Source: Actinomycetota bacterium
GTDB taxonomy: Bacteria; Actinomycetota; AC-67
Direction: 5' to 3'
Assembly (NCBI GenBank): GCA_040905475.1
Contig: JBBDRM010000100.1
Coordinates: 26,383 to 90,382, forward strand
Length of the DNA stretch: 64,000 nt
Shown: positions 8,792-18,235 of the stretch, in pieces
Layout: the number at the start of each line of letters is the position of its first letter
How positions within the stretch are numbered: position 1 is the stretch's first letter
Program-made: the position numbers and the translations under genes
Notes under the pieces: generated by a model
The model's input: only the letters and a program-made list of their open reading frames with translations
Database searches by the model: none
Told to the model about the DNA's origin: nothing

Positions 8792-10627
8792 TTGGGCGAG
8801 ATGCCTGGGGACATCGCCGGCCGGGAGATCGCGCGCCTTCGCGGGATCGAGCGCAAGCTCGTCTGGATCCGCTGGTTCGGGGTCGTCTTCGGCGTGTTCC
8901 AGGTCTGGCAGCTCGCCGGGCCGCAGACGCCCGATTACGTCGTCCCGATCTCGTATCAGACCATCGTCGTGCTCGGGATCGGGAACCTGATCATCGGCGC
9001 ACTCTCCGGACGCGCGAACACCGTCCGGGCCCTCAAGCGGATCGGGTACGCGGCCTTCGCGCTCGACATCGCGCTCGTGTTCGCGAACATCTGGCTCGGT
9101 TCCTACGATCGCAATTCAACCTCTTGGACGCTGGCATACGTCCTCCCGCTCGAAGGCGCGATCCGGTACCAGATGCGAGGTGCGGCCTTCAGCATCGCCG
9201 CGTTCTCGATCTCCGAGCTCGCGCGTGAGATCTACCGGCTCGGATTGTTCGACGACCTGCACTTCGAGATCTCTTCCGTCACCTACCGGGTGGGACTCTT
9301 CTCGATGATCGCCCTCATCGCCGGGATCATGGCCCGCAACCTCGAGCACGAGCGTAACGCAGCGGAATCACGCGCCGACGAGCTCGAGCAGATGGCCCGG
9401 CGCGAAGCAGCTTCCCGCGGCGAGATCCAAGCGTTCCACGACGTCGTTCTCGCCGGGATCGGCTCGGGCACGCTCGAGCAGACCCTCTCCGACGTCGCCG
9501 CCGCGATGGGTCGGGCGTTCGATTGGGAAGCGTTCGCGATCGGCTTGATCAACGAGGAGAACGACGACGTGCGGCTGCTGGGCTCCTACGGCTTTCCGGA
9601 GAAGGTGATCGACCAGGTCATGCCCGCCGGGCAAGGCGTCGTGGGCCGCTGCATCGCGACGGGTGAACCGCAGCTCGTTCCGGACACCGGCACCGATCCC
9701 GACTACGTGCCGTGGAACCCGCTCGTCCGCTCGGAGATGACCGCCCCGATCCGTTACGAGGGCAAGATCATCGGCGTCGTCGACGTCGAGGCTCGCGAAC
9801 CGGGGCGGTTCACACCCGCGGACGTCGAAGGCCTCGACCGGCTCGCCACGCAGATCGGCCTCGTCGTCTCCAACGCGCGATCGCTCGCGTCACAGCGGGC
9901 TATGGTCGAGCGTCTCCAGGAACTCGACACGATGAAGAGCGACTTCGTCGCGGTCACCTCGCACGAGCTCCGCACCCCGTTGACGGCGGTCCAAGGATTC
10001 ATCCGCACGCTCCGCCGCCCGGACGTGCGCCTTTCCCAGGGTGAGATGGAGGAGTTCCTCGCGATCGTGGACCGGCAGGTCGAACGCCTTTCCCGGCTCG
10101 TCGAGGAGCTCCTGTTGACCGCCCGCATAGACGCCGGAGCGATCGACCTGCTCATGGACTCGGTCGACGTCGCCGAGGTGCTGGAGGAAACGCTCGTCGA
10201 GCTGGGCGACGGGCGCGCTCGCGTGCAACTCGCGATCGATCCGTCGCTGCCGCGGATCGCGACCGACGCACAACGACTCGGGCAGATCGCGCGGAACCTG
10301 ATCGAGAACGCACTGAAGTTCTCCGGCGACGACGAACCCGTGCGGGTTACGGTCGTGCGCGACGGCTCCGTCCTGCTCCTCGAGGTAGCCGATCGGGGCC
10401 CGGGTATCCCCGAAGATCAGCTTCCCCAGATCTTCGAGCGCTTCCATCAGCTTGGGGGATCCCTTCGACGACGCGGTCAGGGCCTGGGGCTCGGCCTCTA
10501 CATCGTGCGCAACCTCGTCGACGCGCTCAACGGCACGGTGCGCGTGCGATCGACGGTGGGCGAGGGAACGACCTTCTCGGTAGGGATCCCGCTCGTGCCG
10601 GCGGCGGTTCGCTCCTCGAGCGCGTAA
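8792..10627 (+). CDS. Membrane sensor histidine kinase (multi-TM N-terminal domain + GAF + HisKA + HATPase_c)
   Basis: There are 5-6 predicted TM helices in the first 200 aa. A GAF-like region is present. The H-box is SHELRTPLTAVQGF, and the G-boxes are GLGLGLYIV...GTVRVRSTVGEGTTF. Confidence 0.85.
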   Translation: MGEMPGDIAGREIARLRGIERKLVWIRWFGVVFGVFQVWQLAGPQTPDYVVPISYQTIVVLGIGNLIIGALSGRANTVRALKRIGYAAFALDIALVFANIWLGSYDRNSTSWTLAYVLPLEGAIRYQMRGAAFSIAAFSISELAREIYRLGLFDDLHFEISSVTYRVGLFSMIALIAGIMARNLEHERNAAESRADELEQMARREAASRGEIQAFHDVVLAGIGSGTLEQTLSDVAAAMGRAFDWEAFAIGLINEENDDVRLLGSYGFPEKVIDQVMPAGQGVVGRCIATGEPQLVPDTGTDPDYVPWNPLVRSEMTAPIRYEGKIIGVVDVEAREPGRFTPADVEGLDRLATQIGLVVSNARSLASQRAMVERLQELDTMKSDFVAVTSHELRTPLTAVQGFIRTLRRPDVRLSQGEMEEFLAIVDRQVERLSRLVEELLLTARIDAGAIDLLMDSVDVAEVLEETLVELGDGRARVQLAIDPSLPRIATDAQRLGQIARNLIENALKFSGDDEPVRVTVVRDGSVLLLEVADRGPGIPEDQLPQIFERFHQLGGSLRRRGQGLGLGLYIVRNLVDALNGTVRVRSTVGEGTTFSVGIPLVPAAVRSSSA

Positions 10628-10633
10628 CTTGAT

Positions 10634-11260
10634 TCAGCTCGCCGAGCGCGTCCTGCGCGGCGGCGCGGCGTGAACCTGTTCGACCTCAGGCTTGTCGGCG
10701 AACATCCTCTCGGCGCGGATCACCGAGTCCGCGATTTCGCGCATCTTTCGGTTCTCGTCCTGGCTCGCCTTCTGGAGCTTGCGGAACGCGTCGGGCTCGG
10801 ACAGCCCGAGCCGGTCCATCAGGATGCCCTTGGCACGTTCGACGAGCTTCCGCGTCTCGAGCTGATCTCGAAGGTCGTTCGCCTCGCCCCGTGCTTTCGC
10901 GAGATCGGCCGCGCGTGCGACCGCGGCGCGCACCTGGGCGTGGAACAGCGTCCCGTCGACGGGGAACGGCACGAACGAAGACGCGCCGTGCTCGACGGAT
11001 GGACCGATCGCGACATCGGAAAGCCGATCGGTGACGACGACGACGGGGCGATCGCCCGAGCAGATGTCATACAGGAGCTTCGGATCCTCGCCGGCGACCA
11101 CCACGAAACCGTCCACCGAGCGGGCGTTCGCCTGGTCGGCGAGCGTCGCCCAGTCCGAGCCTTCCGCGACCACGTCGACATCGAGTGATTCGAGGACGCG
11201 TCGCAACGAACCGTGTGAGAACGTGCCGTCCTCTACCAGAACGACGCGGAGACGAGCCAT
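10634..11260 (-). CDS. ANTAR-domain response regulator (REC-like + ANTAR RNA-binding antiterminator)
   Basis: The REC-like N-terminus reads MARLRVVLVED. The C-terminal sequence LETRKLVERAKGILMDRLGLSEPDAFRKLQKASQDENRKMREIA is an ANTAR signature. It is convergent with the kinase. Confidence 0.8.
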   Translation of the reverse strand: MARLRVVLVEDGTFSHGSLRRVLESLDVDVVAEGSDWATLADQANARSVDGFVVVAGEDPKLLYDICSGDRPVVVVTDRLSDVAIGPSVEHGASSFVPFPVDGTLFHAQVRAAVARAADLAKARGEANDLRDQLETRKLVERAKGILMDRLGLSEPDAFRKLQKASQDENRKMREIADSVIRAERMFADKPEVEQVHAAPPRRTRSAS

Positions 11261-11426
11261 GTCTCCCTCCCGCAGCAACGGCACCCAACTCCGAGCGCCT
11301 CTTCTTCCGGCCTTCTGTGACCGTTTCGTCGGCCACCGAAAGGAGCATCGGCATTCGTCGCGAACCGCTTAATCGGCTCGGATAAGGACGCCCGATTCGT
11401 TGCTGTTCGTCCAGGCGAAACGGCTG

Positions 11427-12572
11427 CTATCCGACGAGCGCGTCGACGAAAGCAGCGGGGTCGAAGGGCTCCAGATCCTCGGGTCCCTCCCCCACCCCGA
11501 CCAGCTTGACGGGGATCCCGAGCTCCTGCTGGACGGCGATCACGATGCCGCCCTTGGCGGTGCCGTCCAGCTTCGTCAGCACGATGCCGGTCACCTCGGC
11601 GGCCTCGGCAAAGGCGCGAGCCTGAGCGATCCCGTTCTGACCCGTCGTCGCGTCGAGCACGAGCAGCACCTCGGTCGGCGGGCCGGCTTCGCGCTCTATC
11701 ACGCGGCGGATCTTGGAGAGCTCCTCCATCAGGTTCCGTTTGGTGTGCAGACGTCCGGCGGTGTCGATGATCAACAGATCCGCTCCCCGCGCCTTCGCGG
11801 CTTTGACGCCGTCGAACGCGACGGCCGCCGGGTCGGCGCCGGGCACCTGCTTTATGACCTCGGCGCCCGCGCGCTCAGCCCATCGCTCGAGCTGCGTGTC
11901 GGCCGCGGCGCGGAAGGTATCGGCCGCGGCAAGGATCACCCGACTCCCCTTGAGGCGTTCACGAAGCGCGAGCTTTCCGATCGTCGTCGTCTTTCCCGTG
12001 CCGTTGACGCCGGTGACCAGCCAGATCGTGACCCCGTCCGCCGTCCGAAGCGACCGGTCGGTATCGCCGATTATCTGCAGGAGCTCTTGGCGCAAGACGC
12101 CGAGGAGCTGCTCGGGCGCGACGTCGCGAGATCTCGCGCGCAGATCGTCGACGATCCGCGCCGTCGCCGCGACGCCGACGTCGGCCTGAAGCAGCAGCGC
12201 TTCGACCTCCTCCCAGTCCGCGTCGTTCAGGGTCTCGCGCTTGAAGACGCGCACCAGCGCCTGGCCGAAGGACGACCGTGCCCGACCCAGACGCTCGCGG
12301 AGCGGGCGGGGAGGGGCAAGGTCTTCGGGCTCGGGTGCCGGCGCTTCGGGGGGCGCAGCGACCGGAGGAGCCTCGACGGCGGGAGCCGGTGGTGCGTCGA
12401 CGACGGGTGACGCTGCCTCGCCTATCTGCGCACCTTCCGGCGGACGTTCCGGCGCTTCGACCCCGCCGCGACCGGATCGACGGCGCGACACGACCACGCT
12501 TCCGGCGATCGCACCGAGGAGTACCAGGACGATCAGGACGTAGAGCAGGACGAATCCGGGACCCTCCGACAT
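11427..12572 (-). CDS. ftsY: SRP receptor FtsY with N-terminal membrane anchor and Pro/Ala-rich linker
   Basis: The sequence LVTGVNGTGKTTTIGKLA...DTAGRLH...TKLDGTAKGG is present. Confidence 0.9.
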   Translation of the reverse strand: MSEGPGFVLLYVLIVLVLLGAIAGSVVVSRRRSGRGGVEAPERPPEGAQIGEAASPVVDAPPAPAVEAPPVAAPPEAPAPEPEDLAPPRPLRERLGRARSSFGQALVRVFKRETLNDADWEEVEALLLQADVGVAATARIVDDLRARSRDVAPEQLLGVLRQELLQIIGDTDRSLRTADGVTIWLVTGVNGTGKTTTIGKLALRERLKGSRVILAAADTFRAAADTQLERWAERAGAEVIKQVPGADPAAVAFDGVKAAKARGADLLIIDTAGRLHTKRNLMEELSKIRRVIEREAGPPTEVLLVLDATTGQNGIAQARAFAEAAEVTGIVLTKLDGTAKGGIVIAVQQELGIPVKLVGVGEGPEDLEPFDPAAFVDALVG

Positions 12573-12621
12573 CGAGCCGCGAGACTACCGCACGGATCGC
12601 ACGGGGCGCACCGAGGCAGGG

Positions 12622-15600
12622 TTAGGCGCCGACCGGCTCGTTCTCCTCGAGCCGTTCGCTGAGGACCCGAGTCACCCCGTCGCCGCCCATGGAGATGCCG
12701 TAAAGGGCGTCGGCGATCTCCATCGTGCGCTTCTGGTGCGTGACGATCAGGATCTGTGAAGCGTTCTTGAACTCCTTGGCGAGCTCGAGGAAGCGGTGCA
12801 GGTTAACGTCGTCGAGCGCGGCCTCTACCTCGTCCAAGAGATAGAAGGGAGACGGGCGGGCACGGAAGATGGACGAAAGCAGCGCGATCGCAGTCAGCGC
12901 GCGCTCCCCACCGGATAGGAGAGAGATCCGCTTCACGCGCTTTCCGCCGGGCCGCGCTTCGATCTCGACCCCGCTCTCGAGCAAGTCGTCGGGCTGGGTC
13001 AGCGTCAAGCGCCCCTCCCCACCGGGGAACAGACGGAGGAAGACCTCCTCGAACTGCCGGGAGACATCCGAGAACGCCCCGCCGAAGATCTCCACGATCT
13101 TGCGATCGACTTCGCCCACGACCGAAACCAGGTCGCGCCGGCTCTTGCGCAGGTCCTCGACCTGCTCGCTGAGGAAGGCGTGACGATCGACCATCCCTTG
13201 GTACTGCTCCATCGCGATGGGGTTGACCCGCCCGAGTAGTCCCAGCTTGCGGTCCAGGGTGGCTGCGCGGCGGCGGAGCTCCTCGAGCGCCTCGCCGGTT
13301 GGGGGTTCGCCCACGCGTTGCATCGCTTCGTCGGGCGCCAGATCCTGATCGGCGCGAAGGCGCTCGACGAGCGACGAGATGCGATGCGATCGCTCGGCGC
13401 GCGCGAGATCGCTGCGATGGGCGGTCTCGCGGAGCTCCTCAAGGCGCGACTCCGCTTGGCGGCGATAGCGGCGGACGCTTCCGAGCTCCTCTTCGAGGCC
13501 GGCGCGTTCGGACTCGCGACGCTGTCGCTCAGCACGCGCCTCGGAGAGCCAGCCGTCCATCCGCGACTCGACGGTAGCCGCTGCGCGCGCGATCTCTTGC
13601 GAGCGCAGCGCGGCGCTCGCGCGCTCCGCACGGCTCGCTTCCCACGTCTCCATCGCGACGCGGACGCGTGCCGCCCTCGCCTCGAGCTCCTCGAGGGCGC
13701 TCCGCGCTGCGCGCTCACGTTCTCGCATTCCACCGAGACGCAGCGCGTTCTCAGCGGCACGGCGCTCCATCGTGGCGAGGGCGGCCGCGTCGAAGGTGTG
13801 ATCGACGCCCATCGCTCTTCCGAGCTGCGCCTCGACGGCGCCAAGCTTCTCGGAGTCCACCGCCAAGCGCTCTTCGACCTCGACCGAACGTCCGGCGAGC
13901 ACCGCCTGCTCGCGATCGGCCGCGTGCTCCTCGCGCTCGAGATGCGCCAGCCGCTCGACGGCGCCGGTGATGAGCGCGTCGAGCTCGTTCATCTGGCCGG
14001 TGAGTGCGTTGACCTCACCGATGCTGGCCTCCGCCAGCGCTCTGGCGCTCCACGCTTCCTTCGTAGCGCCCTCGAGGTCGGACGAAACAACCTGCAACCG
14101 CTCGTCGATCGATGCGACGTCGACGGCGAGATCACCGCGCGGTTCGGCTTCGGCCCCGCCGGCCACGAGGTCGCTCGCGACCCGATCGCCTTCGCGCGTC
14201 ACGATCACGAGGTCCCGGTGTGCGCGGGCGAGCGCGAGCGCGTCGTCCAGGGTGTCGACGAGACCCACCGAGGACAGGATCGCAACCAGCGCCGGCGGGA
14301 TGTCGCGACCGGCTGTCGGCTTGGCCGCCTCGATCGCGCTGCGAACGCCCGGCGGCAGCGCTCTCGCGATCTGACGTCCGGTCACGATGAATGCAGCCCT
14401 GCTCCCCATAGCCTTGAGCCGGCCGATCGCCGCGGCCGCGTCGTCGAGGGATCGGGCGAGCAGCGCCCCCGTGTACGGCTCGAGCGCCGCAGCAAGCGCG
14501 CGTTCGAACCCGGGCGCCGGCCGGACCAGCTCGGCGATCCGGCCGAGCAGTCCGGGGAACCGCTCGCGGTCGATGAGGTCGGCGGCGCCTGCAGTTCCCG
14601 CCCGCTCCAGCTCCGAACGCAAGATCGCGCGCCGCGTCTCGAGCTTCTCGACATCGCGCTCGAGTTCGCGAACGCGATCGTCTGCCGTGGCGGCCGAGAC
14701 CTCACGCTCCCGCGCCGATATCTCGAGCTCCTCGAGGCTTCGGCCGAGACTCGTCTCGCGCGTGTCGAGCACCTCGATCTCTTCCTTGACCGCCGAGATC
14801 TCGGTCGCCCGCCGGCGGGACGCTTCGGTGAGCGCCGCCTGTTGGTCGGCGATGTGACGGCGTTCGTCCTCCGCGGCTTCGACGGCGGCGCGGAGCGCCG
14901 CCCGCTCGCCGTGGAGGTGCACGACGGCCTCGCGCGCCCGTGCGGCTTCTTCGCGCGCACCCGCCGCGCGAGCCCACTCCTCCTCGGCGGTGCGCGCATC
15001 GCGTTCGATCGATGCGCGCTCGGAGGCCGCTTCCTCGAGCGCGCGACGAGCGGCGGCGATCATCTCCTCGCCCGGCGCTTCTCCTTCCGGGGCGCGGTCG
15101 GCGAGGTCGGAGAGGTGCCGCCCTCGCTCTTCTGCCAGCCTGGCGAGCCCGACGAACCGCTCTCGCAGCGAGGCGAGGCGATACTCGGCGCCGAGGGCCT
15201 CTTGCGCGTCCCGGCTCGCGCGAGCGCTGCCGTCCTCGATCTCCTCACCGCGGACCTCGAGCGCGCTCACCTGCGCGGACAGCGCGTCGAGCTCCTCGGA
15301 GAGCCGGCGTTCGGCGTCGACGTCGGCCTCACTGACGACGGCGGAGTAGTCGGCCGCCCAGACGGCGAGGCGTACCTCCTTCAGCTCGCCTTCGATCTCC
15401 GATGCGCGCTTCGCGACCTCGGCCTGCCGCTCGAGGGGCCGGATCTGACGGCGAAGTTCCGAGATGAGATCACCGATGCGCTCGATGTCGGCGTCCACGC
15501 GCTCGAGCTTGCGTATCGCACGCTCCTTGCGACGTCGATGCTTGAGGATGCCGGCAGCCTCTTCGATGTACGCGCGGCGGTCCTCGGGCCGTGCGTTCAG

Positions 15601-16047
15601 GATCTCGTCGAGCTGGCCCTGCCCCACGATGGTGTGCAGCTCGCGGCCGACACCCGTGTCGGAGAGCAGCTCTTGGACGTCGAGGAGACGGCAGGTGACG
15701 TCGTTGATCGCGTATTCGCTGTCGCCGTTGCGGAAAAGCGTCCGCCGTATCGTCACCTCGGTGAACTCGATCGGGAGGATCCCCGACGAGTTGTCGATCG
15801 TCAGAGCGACTTCCGCACGCCCCGCGCCCGGTTTTTTCGGCGTGCCGGCGAAGATGACGTCTTCCATCTTGCCGCCGCGCAACGTCTTCGGGCCTTGTTC
15901 ACCGAGAACCCACGCGATGGCGTCTACGAGGTTGGATTTTCCGGACCCGTTCGGTCCGACGATGACGCTGACGCCGGGAGCGAACTCCAGCACGGTCCGC
16001 TCGGCGAACGACTTGAAACCCCGGATCTCAAGGGATTTGAGAAACAC
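12622..16047 (-). CDS. smc: Chromosome partition protein Smc
   Basis: The 1141-aa protein starts MFLKSLEIRGFKSFAERTVLEFAPGVSVIVGPNGSGKSNLVDAI. It has long coiled coils and a C-terminal LSGGE signature motif followed by the Walker B aspartate. Confidence 0.9.
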   Translation of the reverse strand: MFLKSLEIRGFKSFAERTVLEFAPGVSVIVGPNGSGKSNLVDAIAWVLGEQGPKTLRGGKMEDVIFAGTPKKPGAGRAEVALTIDNSSGILPIEFTEVTIRRTLFRNGDSEYAINDVTCRLLDVQELLSDTGVGRELHTIVGQGQLDEILNARPEDRRAYIEEAAGILKHRRRKERAIRKLERVDADIERIGDLISELRRQIRPLERQAEVAKRASEIEGELKEVRLAVWAADYSAVVSEADVDAERRLSEELDALSAQVSALEVRGEEIEDGSARASRDAQEALGAEYRLASLRERFVGLARLAEERGRHLSDLADRAPEGEAPGEEMIAAARRALEEAASERASIERDARTAEEEWARAAGAREEAARAREAVVHLHGERAALRAAVEAAEDERRHIADQQAALTEASRRRATEISAVKEEIEVLDTRETSLGRSLEELEISAREREVSAATADDRVRELERDVEKLETRRAILRSELERAGTAGAADLIDRERFPGLLGRIAELVRPAPGFERALAAALEPYTGALLARSLDDAAAAIGRLKAMGSRAAFIVTGRQIARALPPGVRSAIEAAKPTAGRDIPPALVAILSSVGLVDTLDDALALARAHRDLVIVTREGDRVASDLVAGGAEAEPRGDLAVDVASIDERLQVVSSDLEGATKEAWSARALAEASIGEVNALTGQMNELDALITGAVERLAHLEREEHAADREQAVLAGRSVEVEERLAVDSEKLGAVEAQLGRAMGVDHTFDAAALATMERRAAENALRLGGMRERERAARSALEELEARAARVRVAMETWEASRAERASAALRSQEIARAAATVESRMDGWLSEARAERQRRESERAGLEEELGSVRRYRRQAESRLEELRETAHRSDLARAERSHRISSLVERLRADQDLAPDEAMQRVGEPPTGEALEELRRRAATLDRKLGLLGRVNPIAMEQYQGMVDRHAFLSEQVEDLRKSRRDLVSVVGEVDRKIVEIFGGAFSDVSRQFEEVFLRLFPGGEGRLTLTQPDDLLESGVEIEARPGGKRVKRISLLSGGERALTAIALLSSIFRARPSPFYLLDEVEAALDDVNLHRFLELAKEFKNASQILIVTHQKRTMEIADALYGISMGGDGVTRVLSERLEENEPVGA

Positions 16048-16099
16048 GCGGAACCCTAGCAGAGCGTTTCACGCGCCCCGCGTAGCAACGAAGCCCGCC

Positions 16100-16134
16100 A
16101 TGAAAGAAAGAAACGACCACCCCCGCGGGGTGGC
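16100..16134 (-). terminator. Intrinsic terminator downstream of the small ORF and upstream of smc
   Basis: A perfect palindrome CCACCCCCGCGGGGGTGG (16118-16134) is followed on the minus strand by UCGUUUCUUUCUUUC. Confidence 0.5.
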
Positions 16135-16157
16135 CGTTGGAGTCGAAGCGCTTCGCG

Positions 16158-16337
16158 CTACGCCAGCGCCTTGACCTCTTCGCGGGTCTCCGCGATGGCG
16201 CGGAGAGCGATGATCTCTGCCTCGGACGACTCAAGTGCCTTCTCGAGCTCTGCGACTCGAGCCTTCAGATCGGCGATCTGCTTCAGCAATACATAGGCGC
16301 GTGGTTCCCCCAGATATCCGAACAGCGCTTTCGACAT
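16158..16337 (-). CDS. Hypothetical 59-aa coiled-coil protein (MSKALFGYLGEPRAYVLLKQIADLKARVAELEKALESSEAEIIALRAIAETREEVKALA)
   Basis: ATG at 16335-16337 follows a GAAGGGGG RBS. It has heptad-like charge periodicity and its own terminator downstream. It is preceded by a 260-nt unusually AT-rich leader. The track ORF (116 aa) is over-extended. Confidence 0.35.
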   Translation of the reverse strand: MSKALFGYLGEPRAYVLLKQIADLKARVAELEKALESSEAEIIALRAIAETREEVKALA

Positions 16338-16600
16338 ACCCGTGCCCCCTTCGTCAACAGGGGGGCGGATCCCGCCTGCTGGGCCGCCCAACTCCTCGAC
16401 GCGTTGCCGCCGAGGCCGTTCTTCTCTTGCCTCTTCCCTGGTCGTGGCTGGATCTTGATCCGACAAGGCTTGGGACAAGGCTCGGGAGGGACCTTGGTCC
16501 CTCTTCACGAGAGCACTTTAACGTAGCGTTCGGCTCCTGAAAAGGGGTTGAAGGCGATCCGCTCAGAAAATGTCTGGAAACTCTTAGGAAACTGCGGGCG

Positions 16601-16876
16601 CTAAATCGTTGAAAATACGGAAAACTCACGAGTCGCAGGCTCCCACGAGACCTCTACGTGCTCGACGGTCGCGTGCGGTGGACCCGACCTGCACCAGTCG
16701 ACGACCGCCCCGACGTCGGATTCCTCGCCCTCCACAACGGCCTCGACGCGGCCGTCGTCGAGGTTGCGCACCCATCCGCTCACGCCCAGGTCTCGAGCCC
16801 GCTTGGCCATCGAGTGCCGGAAGAAGACCCCCTGGACGTAGCCGGTGACGTAGACGTGCGCCCTCATGACCGCCAC
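16601..16876 (-). CDS. acyP: Acylphosphatase
   Basis: The sequence VYVTGYVQGVFFRHSMAKRARDLGVSGWVRNLDDGRVEAVVEG is present. Confidence 0.85.
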   Translation of the reverse strand: MAVMRAHVYVTGYVQGVFFRHSMAKRARDLGVSGWVRNLDDGRVEAVVEGEESDVGAVVDWCRSGPPHATVEHVEVSWEPATREFSVFSTI

Positions 16877-16887
16877 GGCGGCCGGCC

Positions 16888-18078
16888 TCAGTAACGCGGG
16901 ATGGTCGGATCGATCTGCGCTGCGTAGGACTCGATCCCGCCGGCGAGATGCTTCGTGTTCGTCAGGCCGACCTGGTGCAGGAACTTGAGCACTTCCGCCG
17001 ACCGTGCACCTACCTTGCAGTAGACGAGGACGTTCCCGGATTGGGGGATCTCACTGATGCGTGCCGGCACGTCGTTCATCGGGATGAGCTGTGCTCCGGG
17101 GATCCGCGCGATCTCCCACTCGTGGGGCTCTCGGACGTCGATGAGCACGATCTCGTCTCCCCGGTCGCGCATCTGCGCGAGTTCGCGCGGGGTGACCGAC
17201 AGCTGCGAAGCGAACTGGGCGATCTCGTCGGTGACGCCGCAGAACGCCTCGTAGTCGATGAGCTCCTTGACCGTCGGGTTCTTCCCACACACCGGGCACT
17301 CGGGATCCTTGCGAACGCGAAGCTCCTTGAACTTGAGTTCGAGGGCGTCGTAGATGAGCATCCGGCCGATCATCGGGTCGCCGATCCCGGTGATCAGCTT
17401 CACGGCCTCGGTTGTCTGCAGCGATCCGATCGTGCCGCAGAGCATCCCGAGGACGCCGCCCTCCGCGCACGACGGAACCATCCCAGGCGGCGGGGGCTCG
17501 GGGAACAAGCACCGGTAGCAGGGCCCGTGCTCCGCCCAGAAAACGGAGAGCTGGCCGTCGAAGCGGAAGATCGAGCCCCATACGTACGGCTTGCCGAGCA
17601 GGACGCACGCGTCGTTCACGAGGTAGCGCGTCGGGAAGTTGTCGGATCCGTCGACGATGAGGTCGTACGGTGCGAACAGCTCCATCGCGTTCTCACTCGA
17701 GACCATCGTCTCGTGCTTCACCACGTTCACGAAGGGGTTGATCTCGCCGATCCGGTCGGCGGCCGAATCGAGTTTCGGCCGGCCAACGTCGCTCGTCCCG
17801 TGGATGACCTGACGCTGGAGGTTGGTGTCGTCGACGACGTCGAAGTCCACGATCCCGAGCGTGCCCACGCCCGCCGCCGCCAGGTACATGGCGACCGGGG
17901 AGCCGAGCCCGCCGGCGCCGATGCAGAGGACCTTGGCGTTCTTCAGCCGCTTCTGCCCGGCCATCGCGACGTCGGGGATGATGAGATGCCGCGAATAACG
18001 TCGGATCTCCTGGAACGAGAGCTCATCGGCGGGCTCGACCAAGGGTGGAGGCCGCAGTATCTCGCCGTCCCGCGTCAT
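16888..18078 (-). CDS. moeZ: MoeB/ThiF-type adenylyltransferase fused to a C-terminal rhodanese domain (MoeZ-like sulfur-carrier activating enzyme)
   Basis: The sequence YSRHLIIPDVAMAGQKRLKNAKVLCIGAGGLGSPVAMYLAAAGVGTLGIVDFDVVDDTNLQRQ...CAEGGVLG is present. The rhodanese Cys loop is YCKVGARS. Confidence 0.85.
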   Translation of the reverse strand: MTRDGEILRPPPLVEPADELSFQEIRRYSRHLIIPDVAMAGQKRLKNAKVLCIGAGGLGSPVAMYLAAAGVGTLGIVDFDVVDDTNLQRQVIHGTSDVGRPKLDSAADRIGEINPFVNVVKHETMVSSENAMELFAPYDLIVDGSDNFPTRYLVNDACVLLGKPYVWGSIFRFDGQLSVFWAEHGPCYRCLFPEPPPPGMVPSCAEGGVLGMLCGTIGSLQTTEAVKLITGIGDPMIGRMLIYDALELKFKELRVRKDPECPVCGKNPTVKELIDYEAFCGVTDEIAQFASQLSVTPRELAQMRDRGDEIVLIDVREPHEWEIARIPGAQLIPMNDVPARISEIPQSGNVLVYCKVGARSAEVLKFLHQVGLTNTKHLAGGIESYAAQIDPTIPRY

Positions 18079-18235
18079 AAATCTGCTTCCTTCGCTCGCG
18101 CCGATCGAGTGATACGCCCCTCTGAACGCTCCGGATGAGCCCGACATTCCTGGTCAGCGGGTCGCCGGAGCGACTCGGGAGCGTCCGCGCTGGATACTAG
18201 CGCGCGCCAACCGACAGAAGCACCGGCGCGGAACC

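Noticed and set aside
13318-16059. 913-aa plus-strand ORF
   Set aside because: It is antisense to smc. The smc reading frame has a clear Walker A at the N-terminus, the LSGGE signature and Walker B aspartate near the C-terminus, and coiled coils. The antisense ORF is an open frame produced by high GC and has low-complexity Arg/Ala/Gly composition.
16948-18138. 396-aa plus-strand ORF
   Set aside because: It is antisense to moeZ.
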